The position numbers and the translations under genes are program-made. From a virus (lineage: Duplodnaviria; Caudoviricetes): a stretch of DNA of 64,000 bases. Position 1 is the first letter of the stretch. Every line of letters starts with the position of its first letter. Below are positions 16,921 to 26,719 of this stretch, one piece after another. The notes under the pieces were generated by a model. It did not search any database and had not been told where the DNA came from. It worked only from the letters and a program-made list of their open reading frames with translations. The stretch covers positions 1 through 64,000 of IMG/VR virus record IMGVR_UViG_3300031993_000004. One strand, given 5' to 3'.

Positions 16921-18303
16921 ATGAATGCTCAGCGACTCAATCTTGAAATCGAATATCTGAAAGATATTGCGACTCATAATGGATTCTTGATCCAAGAAGA
17001 AGACCATTATTCTCCGACGAATGTGAACGCGCTCGTAGATTCTACAAAATTCACAGACTGTGAATACAGATGTGACTGCGGCGCGTTCATTGGACAAGAT
17101 CTGATCGGTCAAATCTGTCCAAGATGTAAATCAGAGATTACATTGCATTCTCTGAACTTTGCATATACTGGATGGATTGATCTCGGCGAACACAAAGTGA
17201 TTACTCCGGTATACTATATTATGTTGAAGCGTGTTCTCGGAACGAATATGCTTCGATACATCCTGGGTGATTACAAATCCAAACTTGACATCAAGTACAA
17301 CGAAAATGATCATGGCGAACCTGAGGAAAAGAAACAGAAGAAGGCAGGCCGTGTCTCTCAGGATGACATCCGTTATATCGAAAAGAAAATCCCGAAAACA
17401 AAATTGATGTATCGGGGAATCGGTCATGACGGATTCTATCAACGTTTTGAAGAAATCATGAACGCATGTGCTCCGAAAAACAATGAAGAACTGAAGATCC
17501 TGCTGGACAATAAGGAAGCTGTATTTACTTCGAAGATTCCGCTGTATTCCACGGCTTTCCGACCCGTCTCCAAAACCTCTGAAACAAAATTCTATCCCAA
17601 GATCAACAAATGGTTTGCACAAATGGTTTCTGTCGCATGCAGAATGAAGAACATGGTGCTCAACATGGAATACATGCAGGCACTCAACTACATTCAGAAA
17701 TGCTGGATGGAAGCTGTCGAGCACATCATTAAGAATGAAATGTCTAAGAAGGACGGCTACGTTCGTACAGAAATCATCGGCGGCTCATTCGCATTTTCTG
17801 CACGTGCGGTTATTACACTTGACATTTCTCTGAATGTTGATGAAGTGGACCTTCCGTACTCGATGGTGCTGACGGCATATCAGTATCGGCTGACATATAT
17901 GCTGGCGACGCGTTATAATATGACACTTGAGCAAGCATACCTTTTCATCAACACATATGAAAAGAATGAAATCATCATCGGCTTACTGGATGAGATCATT
18001 GCAGAAGGACAATGGGTTCTGTACTTACGTGAACCGACGAACAATCTTGCATCAATTGTTCTTGCAAAGATTCGTCGTTACAAAGTCGGAGATGATACAA
18101 TGTCTGTTCCGCTCGAACCGTTGAGCGGACTGAACGCGGACTTCGATGGTGATGCATTGGATATCTGGTTCCTTCTGGATAAACAGCTCGTACAGAAGTT
18201 CGATGCATTCCATTATTCATGCCTGACTGACCGCATCAATGAGAAGGTGTCTCTCGATATTCTTTCATGGGCAGATGTTGCTCTTGGAAGAATGACTGAA
18301 TGA
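16921..18303 (+). CDS. RNA polymerase beta-prime subunit, N-terminal half (non-virion RNAP)
   Basis: Zn finger CDCG...CPRC, GWIDL, FSARAVI, LREPT, catalytic LNADFDGD. Confidence 0.92.
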   Translation: MNAQRLNLEIEYLKDIATHNGFLIQEEDHYSPTNVNALVDSTKFTDCEYRCDCGAFIGQDLIGQICPRCKSEITLHSLNFAYTGWIDLGEHKVITPVYYIMLKRVLGTNMLRYILGDYKSKLDIKYNENDHGEPEEKKQKKAGRVSQDDIRYIEKKIPKTKLMYRGIGHDGFYQRFEEIMNACAPKNNEELKILLDNKEAVFTSKIPLYSTAFRPVSKTSETKFYPKINKWFAQMVSVACRMKNMVLNMEYMQALNYIQKCWMEAVEHIIKNEMSKKDGYVRTEIIGGSFAFSARAVITLDISLNVDEVDLPYSMVLTAYQYRLTYMLATRYNMTLEQAYLFINTYEKNEIIIGLLDEIIAEGQWVLYLREPTNNLASIVLAKIRRYKVGDDTMSVPLEPLSGLNADFDGDALDIWFLLDKQLVQKFDAFHYSCLTDRINEKVSLDILSWADVALGRMTE

Positions 18304-18313
18304 TATGAGATGT

Positions 18314-18349
18314 TGGAGGGGCCTGCGCGCCCCTCCATAAATCTTTTTT
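18314..18349 (+). terminator. intrinsic terminator
   Basis: TGGAGGGGC...GCCCCTCCA then T-run. Confidence 0.75.
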
Positions 18350-18356
18350 GTCGTGA

Positions 18357-18408
18357 AATATATATTGTTATTTTGAGCGGGTAAATGCATCCGAAAAACG
18401 GTTTTGTA
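18357..18408 (+). promoter_or_regulatory. tandem early-type (TATATATTGTT) and late-type (AACG-N6-TA) promoter motifs
   Basis: matches to both motif classes in one intergenic region. Confidence 0.5.
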
Positions 18409-18431
18409 ACTTTATTTAGGGAGGCGATCAA

Positions 18432-19109
18432 ATGAAGAAATTTGATCAAATTATACAAGAATATTCTCGAAAAAAGGAGGACCGAATCCAAGAGGAGATA
18501 AAAAACGCGGGCACACAGGATTCTTCTCCGATTTCGAATATGATCCGAGGTGCATTGAAGTCTGGACATAAGGTATACCTATGCACAGATTGGCATCTGT
18601 GGAAGTATGACAAGAAGACAAAAGAAATCAGTGAAAGATCTGATAAGCAGGCTATCATCAATGCATACAATAACAAAGTGACAGACGATGATGTCGTTAT
18701 TTATCTCGGCGATTTGATCGACGGAGAATGTGAGCCAAAGAAGAAAGAACTTGCAGCTTTGCTTGATTCTCTGAAGGGAAAACGGATTATGATCCGTGGA
18801 AACAACGACCTGTTTCCTGATGCGTTCTATCTGCAGCACGGGTTTAAGTATATCACGCCGAAATTTGTGTACAACGATATCTTGTTTACACATATGCCGG
18901 AAGATCATAAACACAGAATGAACATTCATGGCCACATCCATGGATACAAAACTTATTGGCTGCCATATCATGATATGATTGATGTGGCATTTCTTAACGG
19001 ACGGAAGGAACCAGTCGAGATGAATGCGGTGATTGATGCATTGCCAAAGTATCGAAAAGTCGCAAAGGAAGTACCTGCAAGATTCGAGCAGGAGTTTGCA
19101 TCATTGTAA
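18432..19109 (+). CDS. calcineurin-like metallophosphoesterase
   Basis: TDWH, YLGDL, RGNND, THMP, HGHIH. Confidence 0.88.
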   Translation: MKKFDQIIQEYSRKKEDRIQEEIKNAGTQDSSPISNMIRGALKSGHKVYLCTDWHLWKYDKKTKEISERSDKQAIINAYNNKVTDDDVVIYLGDLIDGECEPKKKELAALLDSLKGKRIMIRGNNDLFPDAFYLQHGFKYITPKFVYNDILFTHMPEDHKHRMNIHGHIHGYKTYWLPYHDMIDVAFLNGRKEPVEMNAVIDALPKYRKVAKEVPARFEQEFASL

Positions 19110-19134
19110 TAATGGGCGGGGAAACCCGCCCATT
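19110..19134 (+). terminator. terminator-like hairpin
   Basis: AATGGGCGGG-GAAA-CCCGCCCATT. Confidence 0.65.
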
Positions 19135-19163
19135 AAATATATTTTATGGAGAGTGAAGAATAA

Positions 19164-19517
19164 ATGGATGACGTGGATCTCCAATATGAAGTGCTTCATG
19201 AGCCGTTTAATGTCGACGTGCATAAGAAGACCTTCATAAACTATCTCGAGGTGATCATCAAATCAGATGGAACGATTGAATACGCAGTTCCGTCTCATAT
19301 GATGAAACTAACCGAGATATACGGTAAATCATCAACAGAAATGTTCGATGATTACTATATGACGGACATGAAGATAGATCCAGTGACATGGATCTGCAGA
19401 CAAACTGGGTGTATATCCGTCTGGAATGATGGTTATACAGGGACTGCAAATGCTGCCCAAAAGAGAGCATTACTCATGCTCAAAAACAACGGAGTATACG
19501 GAGGTAGAATCGGATGA
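19164..19517 (+). CDS. hypothetical protein
   Basis: GGAG RBS; YLEVII...YAVPSH. Confidence 0.75.
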   Translation: MDDVDLQYEVLHEPFNVDVHKKTFINYLEVIIKSDGTIEYAVPSHMMKLTEIYGKSSTEMFDDYYMTDMKIDPVTWICRQTGCISVWNDGYTGTANAAQKRALLMLKNNGVYGGRIG

Positions 19518-19933
19518 AATGGTTCATTTCACAACCTATGGCGGGGATGACAGACGAACAGATTCTCGCCAGACGCAATGAGATTATCGATTTGATCAAA
19601 AGCATGCGTCACAACGAAGAAGTCGAGATAATCGACTCATTCACCAAAAGTGAGGAGATTGTTGGTAAAGGACGTATCGCGATGCTGGGCGATTCCATCA
19701 TGCTTATGAAAGATGCAGATGTTGTATTCTTTGCCAATGGATGGGAGAAATCTGCCGGGTGCAATGTTGAACATGAGGTGTGTGTTCAGTACCACCTCAG
19801 GCGGATTTATGAGTCAGCATTGAATACGCATTATAACCCAGCCGAGGTGTGTACGAACTATACTGAGAAACGCACGCCGTTTTCCCCATCCCCGTTTTCT
19901 CAAAATCCAGATACGGTAACTTTTTGGAGGTAA
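19514..19933 (+). CDS. DUF4406 / nucleoside 2-deoxyribosyltransferase-like protein
   Basis: FISQPMAG...ADVVFFANGWEKSAGCNVE. Confidence 0.75.
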   Translation: MKWFISQPMAGMTDEQILARRNEIIDLIKSMRHNEEVEIIDSFTKSEEIVGKGRIAMLGDSIMLMKDADVVFFANGWEKSAGCNVEHEVCVQYHLRRIYESALNTHYNPAEVCTNYTEKRTPFSPSPFSQNPDTVTFWR

Positions 19934-19935
19934 AT

Positions 19936-20274
19936 ATGCGTAAGATTAAAATGAAACCCGAATATTGGCCACCGCTAATCAAACAGCTGGAATCGGTCAA
20001 TGCACACAGACATGTCGGCACGATCATATCCGGCATTTTCATGATTCATACTCTGCTTAAGGAGTACATCTACACGGTTCATATTTATAATGCGGACAAG
20101 GATATCTTCGAGACAATCGGCAAGTACAAGTTTGTCGGAGAAGACGCATTGTCATATCAATTCGAAGAAGTTGAATCCGCGTTGTCAAATGTCGAGATCA
20201 AGACGATTACATTGCCAAAAATCTGCTGTGATCGTTACTTCTTCCAAGCGGAAAAGTTCGGCGATGTTGTCTAA
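19936..20274 (+). CDS. hypothetical protein
   Basis: GGAGG RBS. Confidence 0.7.
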   Translation: MRKIKMKPEYWPPLIKQLESVNAHRHVGTIISGIFMIHTLLKEYIYTVHIYNADKDIFETIGKYKFVGEDALSYQFEEVESALSNVEIKTITLPKICCDRYFFQAEKFGDVV

Positions 20275-20332
20275 ATTATCATAATATGCGGACAGCTATG
20301 TACTCGAAATTTGAAACAAAGGGGATGCATCT

Positions 20333-21394
20333 ATGTTCGCATTCATTGGAGACACCCACCTCGGCGTAAAATTGCCACAAGCCGATTTCATGAATTCGCT
20401 GTCGACATTTCTGGAACATATTCGGGATGCTGAAGAAGAATGTCATGCAATTTTTGTATGCGGCGACCTGTTTGAACATCGGCTATCGATCGATGATGCT
20501 AAGTTTGCCGCTAAGTTCATTGCGGCGTTGGTCTATAACCATTCCAAGAAAGATCATACGAATATTCCGATATATTTCGTGCATGGAACATATTCACATG
20601 ATCAAGAGCAATACCCGATCTTTTTATCAATGCTTGATGAGATTGCGAAAGCGAATGTTTTCTATATCCCGAAAGCATGTGTATATCCGGTCGTGTTTGG
20701 AGATAAGAAAGTATTGTTCCTTCCACAGGAATATGACAACGTTGATTATTCGAAGTTATTCGACGACGAGTATGACATAATCGTTGGCCATGGTCCGATT
20801 GCGTCACAAACCAAGAATCCGTGCAAATCTAAGAATTATGAAATCATACATTCAGCAGAGTTGCTCGGAAAGATTTCGAAGTTATGTGTGTTTGGGCATT
20901 ATCATGGATACACCGACTTCGGGAATCATGTATACTACACCGGACCGTGGTTACAATGGAAATATGGAGAAGACGAACCTCGAGTATTCTTCTTCTGTAA
21001 TGACAATTTGGAAGTATTTACAAAACCGAATCCATATGCAATGAAATTCGAGACAATCGAGATTCACAATCCAGAAGAACTGCGTGAGAAACTCGCGCAA
21101 GACATTAACACCCCGCATCGGTTTATCATCAACTCGCCGTCATGTGATATGGAAACATATCGTGGTATTATCAACTCAAACAAATCGTCGATGGCAAAAT
21201 TCCAATTGGAAGAAATTGTCGATGAAGATGATTTGCAGTTGACTGTTGATGAGACAATCGACGCACAGATGGAAGCTGCTCAGCCAATTCCTGTATTGGG
21301 CGCTTTCATAAAGGACAAATACAATCTTGATGCAGATGAACAACTGCATGAATATGAAGCCCAAATTTCAAAGGAGGAAAGTCGAAATGGATGA
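20333..21394 (+). CDS. SbcD/Mre11-like DNA repair nuclease subunit
   Basis: IGDTHLG, CGDLFE, HGTYSHD, VGHG, FGHYH, YYTG. Confidence 0.85.
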   Translation: MFAFIGDTHLGVKLPQADFMNSLSTFLEHIRDAEEECHAIFVCGDLFEHRLSIDDAKFAAKFIAALVYNHSKKDHTNIPIYFVHGTYSHDQEQYPIFLSMLDEIAKANVFYIPKACVYPVVFGDKKVLFLPQEYDNVDYSKLFDDEYDIIVGHGPIASQTKNPCKSKNYEIIHSAELLGKISKLCVFGHYHGYTDFGNHVYYTGPWLQWKYGEDEPRVFFFCNDNLEVFTKPNPYAMKFETIEIHNPEELREKLAQDINTPHRFIINSPSCDMETYRGIINSNKSSMAKFQLEEIVDEDDLQLTVDETIDAQMEAAQPIPVLGAFIKDKYNLDADEQLHEYEAQISKEESRNG

Positions 21395-21608
21395 GCGCGA
21401 CGATTTCCCATGGATGCCTGATAGAGTTGATCCTGAGAAAGCAGCTGTCAAAGAACGCATTGAGCGTGAAGCTGCTGAAGAACGGGAACGTGAAAAGAAA
21501 CGTTCTCGGGTTAAGTTCTGGATTTTAATCGTTTCAATCATCGCATTTGCATGCCTTGTGTCTGGTTGGGCAACGATTGAAATTATTCGCAAAATCGCAA
21601 ACGGTTAA
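21387..21608 (+). CDS. small single-TM protein
   Basis: AAGGAGG RBS; hydrophobic C-terminal helix. Confidence 0.7.
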   Translation: MDERDDFPWMPDRVDPEKAAVKERIEREAAEEREREKKRSRVKFWILIVSIIAFACLVSGWATIEIIRKIANG

Positions 21609-21621
21609 GGAGGAAACAACC

Positions 21622-21984
21622 ATGAAACAGAAAGGTCTTACAGCCATCGAATGGATCGTGATTATCGCGATCATTCTTGTAATCGGTGTTATTTTGCTGC
21701 CGGGCTTCCTGAAAGTAAGCAACCAGCAAGAAGTCATTGTCACGGTGACAGACAAGGGTATCAAGGGAAAAGATTCCAATGACAAGTATCTGATTTACAC
21801 CGACATCACTACTTATGAGATCACGGATGCACTGTTCAAGTGGCGGTGGGATTCGTCGGATCTATACGGCGCAATCCAGGTCGGTAAGACATATAAGATC
21901 GAAACAGGTGGATACCGTATCGGCATCTTATCAACATACCCGAATATTTATAAAGCAACGGAGGTTGAACAAACCGATGGATGA
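21622..21984 (+). CDS. membrane-anchored protein with type IV prepilin-like (class III) signal peptide
   Basis: MKQKG|LTAIEWIVIIAIILVIGVILLP with G-1, E+5, P+22. Confidence 0.7.
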   Translation: MKQKGLTAIEWIVIIAIILVIGVILLPGFLKVSNQQEVIVTVTDKGIKGKDSNDKYLIYTDITTYEITDALFKWRWDSSDLYGAIQVGKTYKIETGGYRIGILSTYPNIYKATEVEQTDG

Positions 21985-22207
21985 ATATTATTCCGACGGA
22001 ATATTGGCACTGATCGGTGCTATCATCTTGATCGCCGTTTTGGTGTTTCTCATATACATTGTAATCAAGAAATTCACTGCGTTTATTAAGAAACGGCAGA
22101 AAGCATTTGATGACGCCGAGAATGCCATATTGAGTCAGACAAGGAATCTTAATGAGATTCTCGATAGACCATATGATGACAAGGAGGATATGAATGAAGA
22201 AAGTTGA
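21977..22207 (+). CDS. small single-TM protein
   Basis: GGAGG RBS; long hydrophobic helix. Confidence 0.7.
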   Translation: MDEYYSDGILALIGAIILIAVLVFLIYIVIKKFTAFIKKRQKAFDDAENAILSQTRNLNEILDRPYDDKEDMNEES

Positions 22208-22976
22208 TGAATCCATGAACCAGGAAGGACGTATCTGTTTCTTCCGCGGAAAATATGATTTCCTGTCGAACTTCAAAGAGTGCCGGATCATCGATTTCGA
22301 GGGTAATGAGTTTACATCGGCAGAAGCGATGTTCCAGTCGTACAAGACTCTTGATCCTGAAGAACGGAAGAAGTTCACTAAGATGGATCCAAAGCAGGCA
22401 AAAGCCGCTGGTAAAAAGGTTCAGCTTCGTGAAGACTGGGAAGACATCAAGTTTGACATCATGTGGTATGTCGTATATCAGAAGTTTACACAGAATGACG
22501 ACCTTTGTAAGTTACTGATCAAAACCGGTAATGCCACCCTGATCGAGGGAAACAATTGGCATGATTCCTTTTGGGGAATGTGCTTCAAAAAGGTTCCCTG
22601 CAAAGATGGGGACTATGAGATCCTCCAGGGTGAAAACCGCCTTGGACTCATTTTGAGACAGATTCGGGATGTCATGCTTGACAAGAATATTCCGACTTAC
22701 TGGCATTCGGAATATGATGACGGTGATGATGCTCACGAAGGATATTACCATATGAGACGGAGACGTGACAGACGAGACTCTGCGCCGGCAATCACGTATA
22801 CGATCGAAAATCGTCCGTGCTATGAATTTCTGTCAATCAAAAATGAATTGATCGAGCTGATACAGAAACGGCAGAAGCTCGAGTTTGATTCGGCTGATTT
22901 GAGATTGGCTATTGTTCATGCAGAGCAACTCACGAGAGAAAAAGCTGCTAATATGGCAGATAAGATTCAATTCTGA
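22194..22976 (+). CDS. NADAR (YbiA-like) family hydrolase with C-terminal extension
   Basis: FLSNF, SAEAMFQ, LREDW, QKFTQN, LIEGNNWHDSFWG, GENRLG. Confidence 0.9.
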   Translation: MKKVDESMNQEGRICFFRGKYDFLSNFKECRIIDFEGNEFTSAEAMFQSYKTLDPEERKKFTKMDPKQAKAAGKKVQLREDWEDIKFDIMWYVVYQKFTQNDDLCKLLIKTGNATLIEGNNWHDSFWGMCFKKVPCKDGDYEILQGENRLGLILRQIRDVMLDKNIPTYWHSEYDDGDDAHEGYYHMRRRRDRRDSAPAITYTIENRPCYEFLSIKNELIELIQKRQKLEFDSADLRLAIVHAEQLTREKAANMADKIQF

Positions 22977-22979
22977 TGA

Positions 22980-23005
22980 GAGGGCGGGCTTCGGCCCGCC
23001 TTTTT
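22980..23005 (+). terminator. intrinsic terminator
   Basis: AGGGCGGGC-TTCG-GCCCGCCTTTTT. Confidence 0.8.
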
Positions 23006-23026
23006 CATTTCGTTTGAGGAGGAAGC

Positions 23027-23584
23027 ATGAAAGTAAAACGTGGATATGCAAATTCTCGCGAACTTGCTGATGATATCTATATCACACTTGTCAATAGAAC
23101 AGCAGATGTGATCGCACAAACAGGTGATGAATATGGATTTCTGAAAGTCTTACACATGGCAGATGAGGTCCAACCGAAACATTCTGATGGATGGTACACG
23201 GATAAACTGTGCACGTTATCAATTATTAAAAACGAATCGGGTTATCATGAGTATCATGTTATGAACATCACAATGCGACATATCGAAGAAGAACGCAGCG
23301 ACATGTATCATGTTGGGTGTCGATACGAAAATATGTATGCAATCGTTCGTATTAGACCACATGAGTGCAATACTGAAGATACGCGTTTCAATGAACTCCA
23401 AGTGTTCTTAAAGGTTGATGGTGTACAGGTAAAGCCTGTTGAATTCATGAAAATCCCGAAGACAGATCCAAAACGAGAAATCATGGGAATTTTATTGGAT
23501 ATCATGGAGCGTTATCTGGATGACGGTCACGTCGGCATTCGCATGGATCTTGATGACATTTTATATGATGATGAGGAGGATTGA
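23027..23584 (+). CDS. hypothetical protein
   Basis: GAGGAGG RBS. Confidence 0.75.
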   Translation: MKVKRGYANSRELADDIYITLVNRTADVIAQTGDEYGFLKVLHMADEVQPKHSDGWYTDKLCTLSIIKNESGYHEYHVMNITMRHIEEERSDMYHVGCRYENMYAIVRIRPHECNTEDTRFNELQVFLKVDGVQVKPVEFMKIPKTDPKREIMGILLDIMERYLDDGHVGIRMDLDDILYDDEED

Positions 23585-24090
23585 TTGTGAAAATTCATAA
23601 TTTAAAATATATTCGGACAGAATCGACAGAAAGCGTTCATGATTTGGCAACAAGATTATTACCGTCATATTCAAAATGTCCGAAATGCAATATTCCTAGA
23701 GTAAACAGACGTGCTCGGCGCCGATATAAAAGATATATCGCCGGATTGTTTTCTGTTGATATCATTGGCGCACGGATGACATGTGATAAGTGTTCATCTG
23801 AATGGTGGGAAGAAAGCTCAATCGAAAATACATTCAAGTTCAACCCACTTACGGGTATGCTCTGGTTATGGTTCTTCCTGATCTTCAATACTGCAATCGC
23901 GATTGCAAAGCTGATAAAATTAATGAATATGATCGAGATTCCGGTGGAAGCCCGCAATGCAGAATTCAGCCATGAGTTCAACCGCAACCTCGGACTTGAA
24001 TGCCTCGCTATTTTCATCATATGCGCCGCCTCCTTTTCGATATATGTTATCACATCGAATAAGAACAAACATGAGGATGGAAGGAAATGA
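23581..24090 (+). CDS. zinc-ribbon plus two-TM protein (similar architecture to 35767)
   Basis: CPKC...CDKCSSEW then two hydrophobic helices. Confidence 0.7.
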   Translation: MIVKIHNLKYIRTESTESVHDLATRLLPSYSKCPKCNIPRVNRRARRRYKRYIAGLFSVDIIGARMTCDKCSSEWWEESSIENTFKFNPLTGMLWLWFFLIFNTAIAIAKLIKLMNMIEIPVEARNAEFSHEFNRNLGLECLAIFIICAASFSIYVITSNKNKHEDGRK

Positions 24091-24644
24091 AACGAAAATA
24101 CGTGTTCTTTAATCCAGCACAGGTTGCGCGGTTGGCTTTTTATGAAATCTCAACGGCGTTGTTCAATGCGATTACAGCATATGACGGTAGCGAACGTGTT
24201 GCCTATGTATATTACGGAAACGACAAGTTCCATGAGAAATACACGGGATTGAATATGGATAAATATACCGTTGTTGATCATATCATGATCGAGAGCTTTG
24301 AACATATTCCCGAAGATCGGCTGTATCGATCACATGAAATGATTTCATTCACGTTGGCCGTTAGCAATGATAAATGCCCAACATGTTCAAGTGACAAATG
24401 GACGTTTTGGGTAATCGATGTCTTGTTACCGCATCAACATTTCGGTTTAACTATCACATTTCTGGCCGATAAGAAATGGAAAACCACGGAATATTCAACG
24501 ATACCTATGACTGCCAAAGAATATGCTGATGATGAACTTGCGCAATTCGTAAAGAAACAAGTGTCATCATGCATCAGTCAGTTGTATCTGCATATGATTT
24601 TTCCGAAAACCCAATCATACGAGGAGGATTATTATGAAGCATGA
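24087..24644 (+). CDS. hypothetical protein, paralog of 25916
   Basis: VFFNPAQVARLAFYEISTAL vs VFFSLDQYARFMFQHLSTAL. Confidence 0.75.
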   Translation: MKRKYVFFNPAQVARLAFYEISTALFNAITAYDGSERVAYVYYGNDKFHEKYTGLNMDKYTVVDHIMIESFEHIPEDRLYRSHEMISFTLAVSNDKCPTCSSDKWTFWVIDVLLPHQHFGLTITFLADKKWKTTEYSTIPMTAKEYADDELAQFVKKQVSSCISQLYLHMIFPKTQSYEEDYYEA

Positions 24645-25407
24645 AAGACGACAACTCAGTTTCGCTGAGTCGGCGCAACGCAGAATAAAAGACCTGAACT
24701 CCGAATGGCTGGATACGATACTCACACACGGTGATGATATTCCCACAGTGCTGCCGGGTTTCGATTGGAAAACTTTACCGGCATATAGAGAGCTGGAAAA
24801 GGAACAGAACCATCTGAGGGAAAAACTTGATGTCGAACAGGCATCAATGAAGAAGTATGAAAAGCTCGATGAGCTGTTGAATCGAATCCTCGAAAAGGTT
24901 GACCTGATTCCGCTTGGCTATGGATACGAACTCGAGGAATGTGAATGTCCTACAGCTGGTATGGGAACTGAAAATCAACTCGACTATTATAAGTACTGGC
25001 TCGGACAGGATAAACCATTGCTGAAATATGGATTGTATTTCATCGCATCACGTGGAGGATACGGTTTGTGTGCAATCGTATTCGACGCGAGCGTTATGAG
25101 AAAGACGAATTTGCTTGATGAGTATCGTGGTGCAGAGCTCGGCCTGAGCTTCAATACACATGCACTTCCAAGTGCATTGAAATCGGAAGAGCATGACAGT
25201 TATGATCATGATACATTTCGTGATTGTCATAGACAGTTCGCACATTTCTCAGGACGGAACCCTGGTGGCGCAGTATATCCAGCTGCAGCCGATAAGCTGA
25301 AATATTTTCATCAGTGTGTTGTTCAGGCAATCTGCAGTATCCTGAGCGAAATCGGCGGCGAGTATAAGGAAATCTTTATGGAAGATAAAAAGGAGGAAAA
25401 TGAATAA
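24634..25407 (+). CDS. hypothetical protein, paralog of 40484
   Basis: LDELLNRILEKVDLIPLGYGY vs LDEVLEKLLQRVQLKPLDYGY. Confidence 0.75.
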   Translation: MKHERRQLSFAESAQRRIKDLNSEWLDTILTHGDDIPTVLPGFDWKTLPAYRELEKEQNHLREKLDVEQASMKKYEKLDELLNRILEKVDLIPLGYGYELEECECPTAGMGTENQLDYYKYWLGQDKPLLKYGLYFIASRGGYGLCAIVFDASVMRKTNLLDEYRGAELGLSFNTHALPSALKSEEHDSYDHDTFRDCHRQFAHFSGRNPGGAVYPAAADKLKYFHQCVVQAICSILSEIGGEYKEIFMEDKKEENE

Positions 25408-25913
25408 TGCTATATTTCACTAGTATTTCTGCGGCAAATGCTGCGCTCTTTGAGCAGTTTACACGGGTCTGCAAAGACCTTTTGATGAAAAGCGGTGTCG
25501 ATCCTGAGACGATCGACTATTATTATCAGGATGGCGTGGCAGACGGCAAAAATGGATCATACTGCGGACCGTATATGAGCTGCCTCATCTCATCCAGACA
25601 GCCTGGATCTTCGGAACCTCATTACCATTTCGCAATCTATAATCTGATCGGGACTCCGAATCTCAGAGTGATATTCTATGATGTCATGACGAAAAATGGT
25701 GAAGCGACAGTGGAGTATATCACGCGTCAGGACGAACTCAAACAACTGACGTTTGAGTTTGCTCCGATTGTGCAACCTGGTGATGATGAACCGACACTCG
25801 TTATGCCATTCGGCTATCTGTCTGGAATCTTTGCAGGGTTTCTGCAAGCAACATCCGATCTCACAAAAAATCCGGACTATGATCCGGATGGAACAATGAA
25901 TCAGGAGGGTTAA
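25407..25913 (+). CDS. hypothetical protein
   Basis: coupled ORF with RBS. Confidence 0.7.
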   Translation: MLYFTSISAANAALFEQFTRVCKDLLMKSGVDPETIDYYYQDGVADGKNGSYCGPYMSCLISSRQPGSSEPHYHFAIYNLIGTPNLRVIFYDVMTKNGEATVEYITRQDELKQLTFEFAPIVQPGDDEPTLVMPFGYLSGIFAGFLQATSDLTKNPDYDPDGTMNQEG

Positions 25914-25915
25914 CT

Positions 25916-26503
25916 ATGAGAACAGATCTCGTATTCTTCAGTCTGGATCAGTACGCACGTTTCATGTTTCAGCATCTTTCAACAGCATTGCTTGATTCAT
26001 TCAGAAATTATGACGAACATGTCAAGAATGTATCACTGCTGTTTTGCACACCCGATGCCGTCAAAGGAATTGACGGCATCGTTGCAAAAGGACAGGAACT
26101 GATTGACTATGCACAGCTTGCATATTTTACGAAGAATGAAGATTCTGCCGAAGGCGCACAATCGACCGGTTTCGTATGGATTGGCCTGCTGAGAGATGAG
26201 GATACTGAAGACTATATTATCCAAATCATTCTGCCGACAGTTGAAGTTTCGTTCCACGTTGACATCAAAGCCGAATACAGAGAGAATAACAGAAAGCTTT
26301 TCACGGCAAATCTATGTGCAGTGAAAAGCCATGAACGTGACGGAAATGTTATCACTGAATTCGTCAAAGACGATGCTGACGATATTGCCGTCATTGTTCG
26401 CCATTTCATGAAGATTTTGACAAATGAACTTAAAAAGATCTGCACAAATGCATATTTCGGGACACTTCTGAATGACGTCGGAGATTACACGTATGACGGA
26501 TAA
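25916..26503 (+). CDS. hypothetical protein, paralog of 24087
   Basis: AGGAGG RBS; shared N-terminus. Confidence 0.75.
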   Translation: MRTDLVFFSLDQYARFMFQHLSTALLDSFRNYDEHVKNVSLLFCTPDAVKGIDGIVAKGQELIDYAQLAYFTKNEDSAEGAQSTGFVWIGLLRDEDTEDYIIQIILPTVEVSFHVDIKAEYRENNRKLFTANLCAVKSHERDGNVITEFVKDDADDIAVIVRHFMKILTNELKKICTNAYFGTLLNDVGDYTYDG

Positions 26504-26714
26504 ACCTGAAATAAAACGGATTATCTCTGTGAATGAAGAGAAACCTACCAAATTTCCGCATGCCATAACATGTTTGGAAAAACTGACGGAAGAAATTAAT
26601 CATGCGATTCTGGAATATTCACGAACCGATTATGATTCAGCTGACATGCTGAAACTCTCTTCAATAAAAACAGAATTGACGCAAGCAATTCTGTTATTGC
26701 AGAAAGGTGGTTAA
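26493..26714 (+). CDS. hypothetical protein
   Basis: GGAG RBS. Confidence 0.6.
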   Translation: MTDKPEIKRIISVNEEKPTKFPHAITCLEKLTEEINHAILEYSRTDYDSADMLKLSSIKTELTQAILLLQKGG

Positions 26715-26719
26715 TAATT

